Positions 9,456 through 21,558 of a stretch of 64,000 nt of DNA are shown here, in pieces. Under the pieces are notes generated by a model. It ran no database searches, was not told the origin of the DNA, and worked only from the letters and a program-made list of their open reading frames with translations. The position numbers were made by a program, and so were the translations under genes. The stretch's first letter is position 1, and every line of letters starts with the position of its first letter. Location: the NCBI GenBank assembly GCA_965238005.1, contig OZ250165.1, positions 3,744,001 through 3,808,000 on the forward strand. Reading direction: 5' to 3'. The DNA comes from Longimicrobiales bacterium (lineage in GTDB: Bacteria > Gemmatimonadota > Gemmatimonadetes > Longimicrobiales > Gaopeijiaceae).

Positions 9456-10612
9456 TGGCCGCCATCGTCCCGAACCTCGTCACCTTCGGGAGAACCCTGC
9501 GCCGCTTGGGGCTGCCCGTCACCACCGGGCAGATCGCGGCTTTGGCCGAGGCTCTGGACTGGGTGGAGCTGGGTGCGCGCGATCAGGTCTTCCACACCGC
9601 CCGGTCGCTCCTGGTGAAGCGCAGAGAGGACCTCGAGCTGTTTCAGATCGTGTTCAACCACTTCTGGAGTCGGACGTCGGGAACAGGCGGCGAGCGGAGC
9701 CGAGAGATCGCCGAGCGAAGACGGGACGCCCCGTTCCAGCAACGATTCAGCATCGCTACCTATCGTGCGTCGGTGGCGAAGAAGACGGATCCATCGGTGG
9801 ACCTGGTCGACCGCCGCGGCACCTACAGCGAGGAGGAGATCCTCCAGGGAAAGGATTTCTCGGAGATGTCCGCCGACGAGCTGGAGGAGGTGCGGCGCCT
9901 CATGATGCAGATCCAGTGGAGGATCGCGCTCCGTCGGAGTAGAAGGCGCGTCGCCGACCGCCGGGGGAACATCGTGGACCTGCGGAGGACCCTGCGTGAG
10001 ACGGCCAGGCTGAGATCCGTGCCCCTCCACCTGCCCCGGCGCCGCCCCAAGGTGAAGGAGCGCCCCCTCATCCTGATCGCGGACATCAGCGGCTCCATGG
10101 AGAAGTATTCGAGGCTGGTGCTGCAATTCTTCTACGTGATGAGCCGCTCCCTCCGTGAGGTGGAGTGCTTCGTTTTCGGCACGCGCCTCTCGCGCATCAC
10201 CCCCGAGATGCGGATCCGCAACGTGGACCGGGCCATCAACGCGGCTGCCCGGGTGGTGGTCGACTGGGCCGGAGGCACCCGCATCGGCGCATGCCTCAGA
10301 ACCTTCAATCGTGATTGGAGTCGCCGCGTTCTCAGGCGAGGCGCCGTGGTTCTCGTCATCAGCGACGGGTGGGACCGAGGCGACGTGGAGGTGCTGAGAC
10401 ACGAGATGCGTTACTTGCAGGCGCGCTGTCATCACTTAGGTTGGCTGAACCCTCACCAGGGCCGTCCCGGGTACCGACCGGTGGTCTCCGGCATGGCAGC
10501 GGCTCTGGACTACGTGGATGATTTTCGCTCGGTGCGGAATCTCGAGGCACTGCGCGATCTCGCGGGTTCGCTGGCCGACCTACCCCATCGGGCCCGCTCT
10601 AAACGCTCATAG
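9455..10612 (+). CDS. coxE: vWA-domain CODH accessory protein
   Basis: DISGSME MIDAS, FGTRL, WAGGTRIG, ISDGWDRG, WLNP. Confidence 0.88.
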   Translation: MAAIVPNLVTFGRTLRRLGLPVTTGQIAALAEALDWVELGARDQVFHTARSLLVKRREDLELFQIVFNHFWSRTSGTGGERSREIAERRRDAPFQQRFSIATYRASVAKKTDPSVDLVDRRGTYSEEEILQGKDFSEMSADELEEVRRLMMQIQWRIALRRSRRRVADRRGNIVDLRRTLRETARLRSVPLHLPRRRPKVKERPLILIADISGSMEKYSRLVLQFFYVMSRSLREVECFVFGTRLSRITPEMRIRNVDRAINAAARVVVDWAGGTRIGACLRTFNRDWSRRVLRRGAVVLVISDGWDRGDVEVLRHEMRYLQARCHHLGWLNPHQGRPGYRPVVSGMAAALDYVDDFRSVRNLEALRDLAGSLADLPHRARSKRS

Positions 10613-10705
10613 GGCCCGTCACGACCACCGGAGGCGCCTAGTGTACCGTTACCGAAGTGTCTCGGCCAGTCGAGGGCACGGTGCATCCGAAACACTAGCA
10701 GAGTC

Positions 10706-11344
10706 ATGAATCTCGATGGCGAGTACACGTTCCGTGCCCCCCAGGACCTGGTCTGGCAGTGCCTCCTCGATCCGGTCGTGCTGGCCGCCGCGCTTCCCGG
10801 ATGCGAGAAGCTCGAGTTGGTGGGCGAGAACGAGTACGAGGGCGCGCTGAACATCAAGATCGGACCGGTGCAAGGCACGTTTCAGGGCAAGGTGAAGCTC
10901 GAGGACATAGAGCGGCCGACTCGATACACCATGCAGGTGGATGGCCGAGGAGCCCCCGGTTTCGTGAAGGCGACGGCCCACCTCGAGCTCGAGAGCCACG
11001 ACGGCGAGACCCACTTTACCTACACGAGCCGAGCCCAGGTGGGCGGCCGCATCGCGAGCGTAGGGCAGCGACTGATCGAGAGCTCGGCGAAAGCCATCAC
11101 GAAGCAGAGCCTGGAGGGTCTCAACAGGGCCATCCTGGCGCGCATCGGTGATCCGAGCGCAGGATCGACTGCGGATGCGGCACTCGCGACCGACGCGGCA
11201 CCCGCGACCGACACGGCATCCCCTTCACAGGCCCAGTTCGCCGCAGCGGTGGCGAAGGAAGTGGCCAGGGATCTGGTGCCACGCTGGGCGTTGGTGGCCG
11301 CCGCCGCCGTGCTCCTGGTGGTGATCGGCTTGATCCTTTTCTGA
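10706..11344 (+). CDS. coxG: CO dehydrogenase subunit G (SRPBCC fold, C-terminal TM anchor)
   Basis: VWQCLLDP...LPGCE...GGRIASVGQRLI; hydrophobic C-terminus. Confidence 0.88.
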   Translation: MNLDGEYTFRAPQDLVWQCLLDPVVLAAALPGCEKLELVGENEYEGALNIKIGPVQGTFQGKVKLEDIERPTRYTMQVDGRGAPGFVKATAHLELESHDGETHFTYTSRAQVGGRIASVGQRLIESSAKAITKQSLEGLNRAILARIGDPSAGSTADAALATDAAPATDTASPSQAQFAAAVAKEVARDLVPRWALVAAAAVLLVVIGLILF

Positions 11345-11413
11345 CACGGGTGACGGGACATCGGAAGGGCGGCCGGCTCTGAAGGCAGCCCCAACTTTGA
11401 GGAGGTTATCACA

Positions 11414-12289
11414 GTGATTCCCGGAGCGTTCGACTACCACGCCCCCTCCTCGGTCGACGAAGCGGTCCGGCTGCTCGATCAGCTGGGTGACGGGGCGAAG
11501 ATCCTGGCCGGCGGGCACAGCCTGATCCCCGCCATGCGGTTCAGGCTGGCCGTTCCCGAGGCCCTCGTCGACATCAACGGCATTCCGGACCTGGAGTACC
11601 TTCGCGAGGAGGACGGCGAGCTCCGGATCGGAGGCCTCACGAGAGAGTCGGCAGTCGAGGATTCTGAGCTCGTGCAGGAGAGGTATCCCATCCTGGCCGA
11701 CGCCTCCAAGGTCATCGCCGATCCGCTGGTCCGGAATCGCAGCACGGTGGGCGGCAATATCGCGCACGCCGATCCGGCCAACGACCACCCGGCGGTCATG
11801 CTCGCACTGGGCGCCACGATCGTTGCTCAAGGTCCCGATGGAGAGCGGACCATACCCATTGACGACTTCTTCGTCGGGCTCTTCGAGAGCGCCCTCCACC
11901 CCAACGAGGTCCTGACGGAGATTCGGGTCCCCTCGCCGGGTCCCGGACAGGGGGGCGCCTACGTGAAGATGGAGCGGAAGGTGGGCGACTACGCCCTTTC
12001 GGCCGTGGCGGTCCACGTCACGATGGAGGGGGACCGATGCGTGTCGGCGCGGATCGCCCTCACCAACGTGAGCCCCGTTCCCATGAGAGCGACCGGGGCG
12101 GAGTCGGCGCTTGCGGGCAACGCCGTCACCGAGGAGGTGATCGAGGCGGCCGGAGCGGCGGCCGCCGCCGAGTGTGACCCGTCGGCAGACCTGCGCGGCA
12201 GCGTCGCATACAAGAGAGATCTCACCAGGGTCCTGACCAAGCGAGCCATCCGAGCGGCCGTCGCGCGGGCCGAAGGGGGGTCCTCATGA
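11414..12289 (+). CDS. coxM: aerobic CO dehydrogenase medium (FAD) subunit
   Basis: [27 protein letters not shown]. Confidence 0.92.
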   Translation: MIPGAFDYHAPSSVDEAVRLLDQLGDGAKILAGGHSLIPAMRFRLAVPEALVDINGIPDLEYLREEDGELRIGGLTRESAVEDSELVQERYPILADASKVIADPLVRNRSTVGGNIAHADPANDHPAVMLALGATIVAQGPDGERTIPIDDFFVGLFESALHPNEVLTEIRVPSPGPGQGGAYVKMERKVGDYALSAVAVHVTMEGDRCVSARIALTNVSPVPMRATGAESALAGNAVTEEVIEAAGAAAAAECDPSADLRGSVAYKRDLTRVLTKRAIRAAVARAEGGSS

Positions 12290-12789
12290 GCCAGAAGACG
12301 CATACCGTCGCCGTGTCCGTGAACGGCGAAACGGTCACGAAGGACGTCGAGGCCAGGACGCTGCTCGTCCACTTCATCCGTGAGGAGCTCGATCTGACCG
12401 GAACACACATCGGGTGTGACACGTCGAGCTGCGGCGCCTGCACCGTGATCCTCAACGGGACCGCGGTGAAGAGCTGCACGCTGTTCGCGGTCCAGGCCAA
12501 CGGGGGCGAGCTGCAGACGATCGAGGGAATGGAGCAGGACGGTGCTCTCCATCCGCTGCAGGAGGGCTTCTGGGAGAAGCACGGACTCCAGTGTGGGTTC
12601 TGCACCCCGGGAATGATCATGAGCGCTGCGCACCTCCTCTCCAAGAATCCGAACCCGACGGAGGAGGAGATCCGCGTAGGGATTTCGGGCAACCTGTGCC
12701 GGTGCACGGGCTACAACAACATCGTGGAGGCCGTGCAGTACGCGGCAGAGAAGCTGCACGCACAGCCCGCAGAGGAGCCGGTCTCATGA
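12286..12789 (+). CDS. coxS: aerobic CO dehydrogenase small (2x[2Fe-2S]) subunit
   Basis: [26 protein letters not shown]. Confidence 0.93.
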   Translation: MSQKTHTVAVSVNGETVTKDVEARTLLVHFIREELDLTGTHIGCDTSSCGACTVILNGTAVKSCTLFAVQANGGELQTIEGMEQDGALHPLQEGFWEKHGLQCGFCTPGMIMSAAHLLSKNPNPTEEEIRVGISGNLCRCTGYNNIVEAVQYAAEKLHAQPAEEPVS

Positions 12790-15221
12790 CGCACTTCGAA
12801 GACAGGGTCGAACAGCACACACCGGTTCCCGAGGAATCGTCGGCAATTGTGGAGACCGTCGACGAGATCCGCGTGACCACGCCTCCGGAGATCTGCGGGA
12901 TGGGCCACCGGATGAAGCGCAAGGAGGATCCCCGATTCATCCGAGGCAGAGGGCGCTACCTGGACGACGTCAAGCTGCCCGGCATGGTCTACATGGACAT
13001 CGTCCGAAGCCCCTACGCACACGCCAAGATCCTGAGCATCGACCCCAGCGAAGCCCTCGCCATGGACGGGGTGGCCGCGGTGATCACCGGAAAGGATCTG
13101 GAGGCGGCGGGGAACCTGCACTGGATGCCGACCCTCATGTCGGACACCCAGATGGTCCTCCCCATCGACAAAGTGGTCTACTACGCCCAGGAGGTCTGCG
13201 TGGTGATCGCCACTACTCGCTACACGGCCGCGGACGCGGTCGAGAAGGTCTTCGTGGACTACGAGCCCCTCGATCCCGTTGTCGATCCGTTCGAGGCGAT
13301 GAAGGACGAGGTGATCGTCCGGGACGACAAGGAGGAGAGGACCAACCACATATGGCACTGGGAGGCCGGCGACGCCGAAGCCACCGAGCGCGTGTTCGCC
13401 GAAGCAGCCCACACCGTTTCGCAGTCCATGCACATCCCCCGGATTCACGTGTCGTCCATCGAGACCTGTGGCATGCTGGCCAACTATGACAAGGTCACCG
13501 AGCGGATGCAGATCTACATGACGTCCCAGGCTCCCCACGCCCACCGGACGGTCTTCGCCATGGTGAGCGGTCTTCCGGAGCACAAGATCCAGATCATCTC
13601 GCCGGACCTCGGCGGAGGGTTCGGGGGCAAGGTGCCGATCTATCCGGGCTACGTCTGCTGCCTCGTCGCCAGCCTGGTCACGGGCTTGCCGGTGAAGTGG
13701 GTGGAGGACCGGAGCGAGAACCTCCAGGCCGACAGCTTCGCCCGGGATTATCACATCACGGCGGAGATGGCCGCCGACGAGGATGGCCGCATCACGGGCC
13801 TCCGCGTGAAGACCCTGGCGGATCACGGCTGCGCGGACGCCGCGGCGCAGCCGTCGAAATTCCCGGCGGGCGTCTACAGCATCTGCACCGGGTCCTACGA
13901 TCTACAAGCCGCGCACATCGTGGTGGACGGCGTCTACACGAACAAGCCGCCGGGAGGGATCGCCTATCGCTGCTCGTTCCGCGTGAGCGAGGGGGTACAC
14001 ATGATCGAGCGCATGACCGACATCATGGCGCACGAGCTCGGAGAGGACTCGGCCGACTTCCGTCTGAAGAACTTCATCCGTCCCGATCAGTTCCCCTACC
14101 AGTCGCCCACCGGATGGCTGTACGACTCCGGCAACTACGAAGGGGCCCTCCGGAAGGCCATGGAGATGATCGACTACCCGGCACTCCGACAGGACCAGGA
14201 GGAGCGGCGGGCTCGAGGAGAACTCATGGGGATCGGTATCTCGAGCTTCACGGAGGCGGTTGGGGCGGGCCCCTCGCGGGACTTCGACATCCTCGGGATC
14301 AAGATGTTCGACTCGGCGGAGATCCGCATTCATCCCACCGGGAAGGCGATGGCGCGCTTCGGGACCAAGTCCCAAGGACAAGGGCACGAGACGACATACG
14401 CCCAGATCGTCGCCGAAGAGCTCGGCCTTCCGGCGGCCGACGTGGAGATCGAGGAGGGTGATACCGACACGGCGCCCTACGGTCTCGGAACGTACGGCAG
14501 CAGGTCGACGCCGACGGCCGGTGCCGCGGCGGCCATGGCCGCCAGAAAGATCAAGGCCAAGGCCAGAAAGATCGCCGCCTACCTGCTGGAGGTGGGCGAG
14601 GACGACCTGGAGTGGAACGTGAACAAATGGCAGGTGCAGGGCTCTCCCGACCAGGCGAAGACCATCCAGGAGATCGCCTTCGCCGCGTACACCGACCACC
14701 CGCCCGGAATGGAAGCGGGCCTCGAGGCCACCGACTACTACGACCCGCCGAACCTGACCTTTCCGTTCGGTAGCTACATCTGTGTGGTGGACATCGACAA
14801 GGGTACGGGGCAGGTGGAAATCCGCCGGTTTGTCGCCGTCGACGACTGCGGGAGCATCATCAATCCCATGGTCGTCGAGGGTCAGATCCACGGTGGACTG
14901 ACCATGGGCCTGGCCCCGGCGCTCTTTGAGGAGATCGTCTACGACGAGAACGGGCAGAACCTCACGGGCACGCTCGCTGACTACCTGGTCCCCACCGCGG
15001 TGGAGTCCCCGAAGTGGGAGCTGGGGAGGACGATCACGCCGTCGCCCCACCACCCCCTCGGGGCCAAGGGAGTGGGTGAGTCGGCGACCGTAGGCGCGCC
15101 GCCGGCCATCGCCAATGCCGTTGTCGACGCGCTCTGGCATCTCGGGGTGAAGCACGTGGACATCCCCATCTCCCCGAACAAGGTGTGGAAGCTGCTCCGG
15201 GACCATGGAGTGAGCGACTGA
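12786..15221 (+). CDS. coxL: aerobic CO dehydrogenase large (Mo-Cu) subunit, form I
   Basis: AYRCSFR active-site motif; [28 protein letters not shown]. Confidence 0.95.
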   Translation: MTHFEDRVEQHTPVPEESSAIVETVDEIRVTTPPEICGMGHRMKRKEDPRFIRGRGRYLDDVKLPGMVYMDIVRSPYAHAKILSIDPSEALAMDGVAAVITGKDLEAAGNLHWMPTLMSDTQMVLPIDKVVYYAQEVCVVIATTRYTAADAVEKVFVDYEPLDPVVDPFEAMKDEVIVRDDKEERTNHIWHWEAGDAEATERVFAEAAHTVSQSMHIPRIHVSSIETCGMLANYDKVTERMQIYMTSQAPHAHRTVFAMVSGLPEHKIQIISPDLGGGFGGKVPIYPGYVCCLVASLVTGLPVKWVEDRSENLQADSFARDYHITAEMAADEDGRITGLRVKTLADHGCADAAAQPSKFPAGVYSICTGSYDLQAAHIVVDGVYTNKPPGGIAYRCSFRVSEGVHMIERMTDIMAHELGEDSADFRLKNFIRPDQFPYQSPTGWLYDSGNYEGALRKAMEMIDYPALRQDQEERRARGELMGIGISSFTEAVGAGPSRDFDILGIKMFDSAEIRIHPTGKAMARFGTKSQGQGHETTYAQIVAEELGLPAADVEIEEGDTDTAPYGLGTYGSRSTPTAGAAAAMAARKIKAKARKIAAYLLEVGEDDLEWNVNKWQVQGSPDQAKTIQEIAFAAYTDHPPGMEAGLEATDYYDPPNLTFPFGSYICVVDIDKGTGQVEIRRFVAVDDCGSIINPMVVEGQIHGGLTMGLAPALFEEIVYDENGQNLTGTLADYLVPTAVESPKWELGRTITPSPHHPLGAKGVGESATVGAPPAIANAVVDALWHLGVKHVDIPISPNKVWKLLRDHGVSD

Positions 15222-15239
15222 GCGGGCGGGCAGCGGCGA

Positions 15240-16250
15240 ATGTACCACGACTTCTTCGAGAAGGCCAATGGGCTAGCCCGGGACGGCGTCCCGTTCGCCA
15301 CGGCCACGGTCGTGCGGGCCGAGAAGCCCACGTCGGCCCGGCCCGGCGATCGAGCCATCGTCACGCTGGACGGTGTGATGTACGGGTGGATCGGTGGGAG
15401 TTGCGCGCAACCCACCGTGGTCGCCGAGGCCGTGAGGGCGATCTCGGAAGATCAGAGCCGCCTGATCCGCCTCTCCCCGGGCCCGGGCGCCGAACCCGCC
15501 CGGGAGGGAATCATTGAAGTACCCATGAACTGCTTCGGAGGGGGGACCTTGGACATCTTCATCGAGCCCCATCAACCCAAGCCCCAGCTGCTCGTCGTCG
15601 GCGCCCTCCCCATCGCCCAGGCTCTGGCGCACCTGGCCAAGGCCATGAGCTATCGGGTGATCGCCGTCGATCAGGACGGGGCGGGCGCCATGGCCCACGC
15701 CGACGAGGTCTTCTCGAGCCTCGAGGAGGCGTCGTCCCGGGTGAGCGCCCTCACCTTCGTCGTGGTGGCCACCCACGGCAACTACGACGAGTCGGCCCTG
15801 GCCGCCGTGCTCCGCTCCAACGCTCCCTATGTGGGGCTGGTGTCCAGTCGAAAGCGGGGACAAGAAATCACACGGCACGTGAGGCAGGAGGGTGTGGACG
15901 AGGACGCGCTGTCTCGCCTCAAGATCCCCGCGGGCTTGGACATAGGCGCTCGGGGCCCCGACGAGATCGCGCTCAGCATCATGGCCGAGATCGTTCAGGC
16001 GCGACGCTCGATGGAAGAGGTGGGGTGGGCCCCGTCGGCCGGAAACGCGGAAGGCGAGGAGGCCGAGGAACCGGTGGCCGGGACCCCCGGGGAGCCAGGG
16101 GAAGAGGCCGAGGCCGTCGATCCCATCTGCGGGATGAAGGTCACCAAGGCGGAGGCGCGACACACCTGGGAGGGCGACGGCCAGACCTTCTACTTCTGCT
16201 GTGAGGGGTGCCGACGCCGTTTCGCAGAAGAGGCTCGAGCGGCCCCCTGA
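15240..16250 (+). CDS. XdhC/CoxF-family maturation factor with C-terminal YHS/TRASH domain
   Basis: GWIGGSC, CFGGGTLDIFIEP, PAGLDIGA, EIALSI; tail DPICGM...FYFCCEGC. Confidence 0.88.
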   Translation: MYHDFFEKANGLARDGVPFATATVVRAEKPTSARPGDRAIVTLDGVMYGWIGGSCAQPTVVAEAVRAISEDQSRLIRLSPGPGAEPAREGIIEVPMNCFGGGTLDIFIEPHQPKPQLLVVGALPIAQALAHLAKAMSYRVIAVDQDGAGAMAHADEVFSSLEEASSRVSALTFVVVATHGNYDESALAAVLRSNAPYVGLVSSRKRGQEITRHVRQEGVDEDALSRLKIPAGLDIGARGPDEIALSIMAEIVQARRSMEEVGWAPSAGNAEGEEAEEPVAGTPGEPGEEAEAVDPICGMKVTKAEARHTWEGDGQTFYFCCEGCRRRFAEEARAAP

Positions 16251-16499
16251 CCGGCAGCCCGAGACTCCGAGCAAGCCCTGCCGCCGAGCGCCTGGCGCGA
16301 GCAGATTCCGCGAGTCGGGACCGGCCTTCGGCGCCTGCCGGTGGGGCGGAGCTCGATGGCTTCGGTGTACGTAGGTTTCGTGTTAGAACATACGTATGAC
16401 GGGTGTGATTGTTTCTACCTCAAGGCGGCAACCTGTTGAGTGGACTAATCTACCCTGAGGGCCGACCAACGGAACCAGGCCGGCGGCCAGGGGCGCCCC

Positions 16500-16690
16500 G
16501 ATCACGATGGGTCGCGCTTCCGATGGCCGATCAGCTCGTAGTAGCGCTCCTTGGGCTCGCCGGGCCATCCGTTTACTCCGTTCTTGGGAAGCCACCAGAC
16601 GTGGATGACGAGGGCACCCAAGAGAGGCAGCGCGAGGACGCCGAGCGCCCACGCCCGGGCCACCGCTGTGGAGTCCTCTCAAGCCAATCG
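16500..16690 (-). pseudogene. C-terminal fragment of a small membrane protein
   Basis: AWALGVLALPLLGALVIHVWWLPKNGVNGWPGEPKERYYELIG; no start codon or RBS. Confidence 0.35.
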
Positions 16691-16705
16691 GGCGAGGGCA
16701 GACCC

Positions 16706-16867
16706 TCAGGGAAGAAGGCGTTTCAAGGCGCGCTGCGTGACGTACAACCCGATGCCGGTCCCGACCATGCCGACGACGAACGCGGTGAAGAACGAGATCG
16801 GAGCCCCGATAGCCCAGCCCAGCCATCCACCCACGGACATTCCCATGAGGTTGAGGAAACCTTTCAT
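16706..16867 (-). CDS. small Gly-rich two-TM protein
   Basis: MKGFLNLMGMSVGGWLGWAIG...GTGIGLYVTQRALKRLLP. Confidence 0.6.
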   Translation of the reverse strand: MKGFLNLMGMSVGGWLGWAIGAPISFFTAFVVGMVGTGIGLYVTQRALKRLLP

Positions 16868-16930
16868 GACCCACCATGCCGCCCCGAGCCGCGGGCGGCA
16901 AGGAGAACGGATCGCCAAGTCGTCGTGAGG

Positions 16931-17914
16931 TCAGGTGAGGACGACGATCTTGCCACCGGCTGCGTTGTCTTCCATGCAGCGGTGCGCCTCGACGATGGCG
17001 TCCAGGTGGAACACAGCCCCGATCTTGGGCGTCATGCGTCCCCCCTCCACCTCGTTCACCACCATCTGCAACGGCGTTGCCATGAAGTCGGTGGATTCAC
17101 CGGCGTAGGTCGTGAGATTGACGGTGGACGGTATCGCGCCCATGGGGGTGAACCGATCGAACTCCCAGGCGTTGCCGACTATGCCGGTCATGCACACCGA
17201 ACCGAAGCGCGCGGCGCACTGGAGGGAGTCGAGCAACGTGGTGGTCCCCACGAGCTCGAGCACCTTGTCGACGCCCGAAGGAAACACACGCCGGACGTCG
17301 CCAGCGATCTCACCACCGTCGATGAAGACGTGATCCGCACCGTTGTCTTTCAGCATAGCTTCGCGATCGACTCTTCGGGTGGTGGCGGCCACCGTGGCGC
17401 CCTGTTCCTTGGCAAGCGCCGCGGCCGCCAGACCCACCGAGGTGGTCCCGCCCCGAATCAGCAACGATTGCCCGCCCTCGAGCTTGAGCGAGCTGTTGAG
17501 CGAACCCCAAGCGGTTTGGATCATCTCGGGTAGTGCACCGAGGGTTTGCCAATCCAGGGTCGTGTCGAGGGCTTGCACCTGGCCGGCAGGCACGCAGGTG
17601 TACTCTGCGTAGCCGCCATCGAATGCTCGGCCCATGCCGCCCATGGCGGTCGCCACGATTTGCCCCGGTTGGAACTCCCCGCCCGGTGCCTCCTCAACAG
17701 TCCCGACCGCCTCGATGCCGAGTACGCGGGGGAAGTCGACCCCGGACGAGTGGCCCTGTCGGGTGAAGAGCTCGGAGCGATTGAGGCCGAACGCCTTAAC
17801 TCGGATGAGAACCCACGCGCCTGTCGGCCGCGGAACGGGGAGCTCCTCGATCCTCAGCACCTCGGGGGCTCCTGGTTCACGAATGACTGCGGCCTTCATG
17901 GTCCTCATAGCCAC
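16931..17914 (-). CDS. MDR-family (quinone oxidoreductase-like) protein
   Basis: VKAFGLNRSE, LGIEAVG, GGYAEY, RGGTTSVG, GKIVV. Confidence 0.9.
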   Translation of the reverse strand: MAMRTMKAAVIREPGAPEVLRIEELPVPRPTGAWVLIRVKAFGLNRSELFTRQGHSSGVDFPRVLGIEAVGTVEEAPGGEFQPGQIVATAMGGMGRAFDGGYAEYTCVPAGQVQALDTTLDWQTLGALPEMIQTAWGSLNSSLKLEGGQSLLIRGGTTSVGLAAAALAKEQGATVAATTRRVDREAMLKDNGADHVFIDGGEIAGDVRRVFPSGVDKVLELVGTTTLLDSLQCAARFGSVCMTGIVGNAWEFDRFTPMGAIPSTVNLTTYAGESTDFMATPLQMVVNEVEGGRMTPKIGAVFHLDAIVEAHRCMEDNAAGGKIVVLT

Positions 17915-18045
17915 GTCTCTCCCTAGTGTGGTGTCCCAGAAGTGTCTCGGCCATCGATCTCGCTGCGCTCGATCGTCTCGCGGTCAACTCGGCGCTCACG
18001 ACGAGCATGAAGGTCGCTCGGCTCGCGAACTTCTGGGACACCACA

Positions 18046-20674
18046 CTAGAACGCGAACCCCAATCCCACGTAAAGCGCCGTGCGCCCTTCGCTTTCCGCG
18101 ATCGCCAAATGGACGGCGCCCGACCGAGTCACCGGCGCAAGCCAGATGCCTGCGCCCAGGGACGTGTGCCATTCATCGGATGTCTGGCCCTCCGCGTACA
18201 CGCGTCCCACATCGCTGAGCCCGAACACGCCGAAGTCCGCGGGAAAGAGTAGGAAGAAGCGCGTCACGAACACCCGCAGCTCGGCGCTGGCGTACAAAGA
18301 TGCGTCGCCCGCAAAGCGTTGCTCTCTCAGCCCTCGCACGTTGGCCGATCCGCCGATGAAGGCGGCTTCGAAGTACGGAAACGTGCCCCAGACGCGCCTC
18401 CCCCCAGCCCTCAACGCAAGCGTGGGATTGCCGCCACCGGGTGACAGGAAGGTGGCTACCTCTCCATGAACCTCGGCAAAGGAGCTCTCCAGGTCGATGG
18501 CCGCGGGGTAGTAGCTGGCTCCGCCCGAGAGGTGATAGCCCTTGGTCGGCGCACTCCGACCGTCGCGCCCGTCCAACTCCAGCGAGGCCTGAAGCCCTAC
18601 CTGCGCGAACGTGCCTGCCCCGTACGGGCGGTTTTCCGCGACAAAGGTCGCCGTCCCGGTGGTGTCCGAGGACGTGTACTTGAAGACAGGGCCGATGCTG
18701 AGCTCCCGCCGCTCACCGTCCCCGAAGCTCAGCGCCGCCGTCACGAGGATCTGCTTTTGATCGACCTCGAAAAAGCTCGAAGGCGCCGTCTGCGTCGTTT
18801 CGTTGCCCAACCCGTAGAAGTCGACCACGTCGATCCCGGAAAAGCGGGCTCGCAGCTTCAGACCTCCACTGCCAAACAGACCACGGAAGTGCTGCCGATA
18901 GCCCAGGATCGGCTGGGATCGGCCGAACGCCCAGGCGGCTCTCAGCTGGAGGCGAGAGCTGTACGGGTAGCTGAGGAAGCCGTGGCGGTCCTGCTGGATC
19001 CCGATCCCGACCACCAAGCCGCGGTCCCCGTCGAAGCTCATCCTCATGGACGGCTCGGACTCCTTGCCCCAGTCCAACTGGCGAGCGCCCTCGAACCACG
19101 CGGTCGGCCGCGGCGCGGGCCGGCGCACCAGCTTCGTGCCGCCACCGCGTGTCACCGTGCCGTCGCCGGCGTCGTAGAGAACCACACCCCTCGAGCCGGT
19201 CGAGTTGATGAGCTCGTCGCGGCCCCCACCCCCCACCACGCGTATCGTGATCGGCAAGTCCGTGCTGCTCTCGACCCGTATGAGGTCGTCTCCACCGTGC
19301 ATGGAGAGGCGCACCTCGCGAGTCTCGTCGGGCGAGAAGGTCTGCTCGAAGTGGGGCGACCCCTCCGGCTCCGACGACGGCCCCCGCGGGTGAATCGCGA
19401 TGCGGACGTCGCCCCCGTCGACGCGCTCGATCATCGCCACTTCGTCGGTGTCCGTGCCGTGGATGTCGGCATACCGGAAGACGATGTCGTAGAAGTGGTG
19501 GGCGGCCATCGGAAGCTCGTCGCGACGCGCCCGGAGCTTCGCTTCCGAGGCCGGCCCGACCAGGGCGTAGTGCTCCCTCGGCATGCGCGAGACTGCCTCG
19601 GCGATCACGCCGTCTGTGATCGCGGCCGTGACCTCCTGGACGGTGGCATTCCAGGTGGTACGATCGAGTCCGACCAACAAGTTACGATCGATGTCCCAGG
19701 CGTTCCTGGTGAGAGCCTTGATGTCGGGGTAGTCGCTACCGAAGCGGACCAACCGAGGTTCGTAGAAGCGGGCGAGGCCCTTCAGGAATCCGTCAAACTG
19801 GACGAAGGCCTGATCCCGGTCACGAGGGATCGGGCGCCAAACGTAGCCGCCGTCCGTGTCGGGAAAGCGGGCCCAGAGATGGTTGTTCATGCTGCGATCG
19901 CGATCCCCCACCAGAAGGTCCACCAACCGGGACTTGAGCAGCTCTCGGAGCTCCACGCGGTTCCGGGGATCCTCCTCGAGCTCGTCTAAGAGGTCGTCCG
20001 TCTGGACGATCCGGCGAGAGCCCGCAAAGCCGGCTTGCCCATCGGGGAGGTCATCGGGTCGCTCCTCGAAGAGCGCGAGCATGCCGGCGAACTGACTCCT
20101 GAACTCAGCGAGTCGAGGGTCATCCGGAATGACGACCAACCGCGGCTCAGGGTGGAGCACGCCCACCGCCTCGAGCAGTCTGGCCACAACGACGGCTCCC
20201 GAGGGGTGGAACGAGCTCATCTGGTCTTGGATGATGCCCTCGACGGGCGTGTCCTGGAATTCCTCGGCCAGTGCCTGCGGCGACTTGTCCACGGAGCGCA
20301 GCACGTAGCGCCGGCCATCCACGCCGCGAAGGTGGAGGGTTTGAGTGGTCGCTCCCCCCCCCGAGGCGGAAGGGCGTCAGACCACCGCCGCCCAGGCTCC
20401 CGAGGTCCGCGACGGGCACCCTGATGGGGGTGGTCCACAGCCGGCGATACCCTCGCCCCATCATCGATGTGAACAGGCCCCCCGCTTGGTAGTGGGCTCC
20501 GGGAACCACCGTGACCGCTTCTTGGGTGGGCAGTGGCGGCGGATCTACCTGAGCTCCCAGGCCCGGGGCCAGAATCCCCCACGCCAAGAGAGCCGGTCCT
20601 ACCCCGGTTCGGAGTACCTTGACACCGCCAGGTCGGGGCTGGGTGGCAGACACGAGGTGCTCTTGGCTGGCCAT
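18046..20674 (-). CDS. BamA/TamA (Omp85)-barrel outer membrane protein with N-terminal extension; frameshift in a G-run near 20355
   Basis: WTTPIRVP...LGGG|...LRSVDK, PRDRDQAF, VRGLREQRFAGD, terminal GFAF; two ORFs joined at a homopolymer. Confidence 0.8.
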
Positions 20675-20762
20675 CGGTCCGTTCCTCCGAGAGGTGGATG
20701 ACTAGGCTTCGTTGGCGTCCATGCCTGTCCCTCAGCCGCCTCCGTGCTCTGGCTGGCGAAAA

Positions 20763-20778
20763 GGCACAAATGGTGCCA
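20763..20778 (-). promoter_or_regulatory. putative sigma54 -24/-12 promoter for the Omp85 gene
   Basis: TGGCACCATTTGTGCC (GG-N10-GC) about 90 bp upstream of the start. Confidence 0.4.
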
Positions 20779-20889
20779 GCGAGCGCACCATCGTGAAAGT
20801 GGGGCGCAAGGTGATTATGAACAACACCCCTGCACGTGCCCGCCCTTCTCGGGCCGGGACAGGAACGGAGTGGCCCAGGCAACCAGTCT

Positions 20890-21469
20890 CGGACCACGCA
20901 TGTCACCGTGCTGGAGCACGAGGGGTTTGCGCACCTCCTCATCCGCCGCTTCGACATCGAGAACGGAGCACGCATCCACCAGCACACCTTCGGAGGGCTG
21001 ATCCACGTCGACTACAACGACCGGGGGGCGAGCTCGTACGAGGAGTACTTACGAACCGTCTTCAGGCTCGGGATGACGTACGGCCCACTCGAGCAGGCGT
21101 ACCGCCGGATGGTCTTCAACGTGATCGCCGTCAACCAGGACGATCACGTGAAGAACCTGTCCTTCCATATGCGACCCGACGGGGAGTGGGCGCTGGCTCC
21201 GGCGTACGACGTCACCTTCGCTCGGGGCGTGGACTGGACGTCGGAGCACCAGATGCGCGTGCGCGACAAGACCGCGGGCATCCTCGAGTCCGACCTTCTC
21301 GCGGTCGCCGGGGACTTCGACGTGAAGAAGCCGAAGCGCATCCTAGATCAGACGCGCTGCCGCCATAGTCGATTGGCGGCGCTTCGCCCAGGAGTCCGCG
21401 GTCCCGCCGGCGACAGTGACCCAGGTCCGGAAGGCGCTGGACGAGCGGGCCAGGTCGCTGGGGGGCTGA
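20890..21469 (+). pseudogene. HipA-family kinase toxin, C-terminal fragment
   Basis: IRRFDI, RRMVFNVIAVNQDDHVKNLSF, LAPAYDV; N-terminus and hipB absent; frameshift near 21357. Confidence 0.8.
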
Positions 21470-21522
21470 TCCGGGCGCCGGCTATGTCTGGAGCACTACC
21501 TGGGCACCGTCATATCCAGGAC

Positions 21523-21551
21523 TTGACTTTACCGACCGTTCGGTTTATCAT
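21523..21551 (+). promoter_or_regulatory. sigma70 promoter with TetR operator in the spacer
   Basis: TTGACT-N17-TATCAT; ACCGACCGTTCGGT (21531-21544) between the boxes. Confidence 0.75.
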
Positions 21552-21558
21552 CATCCCC

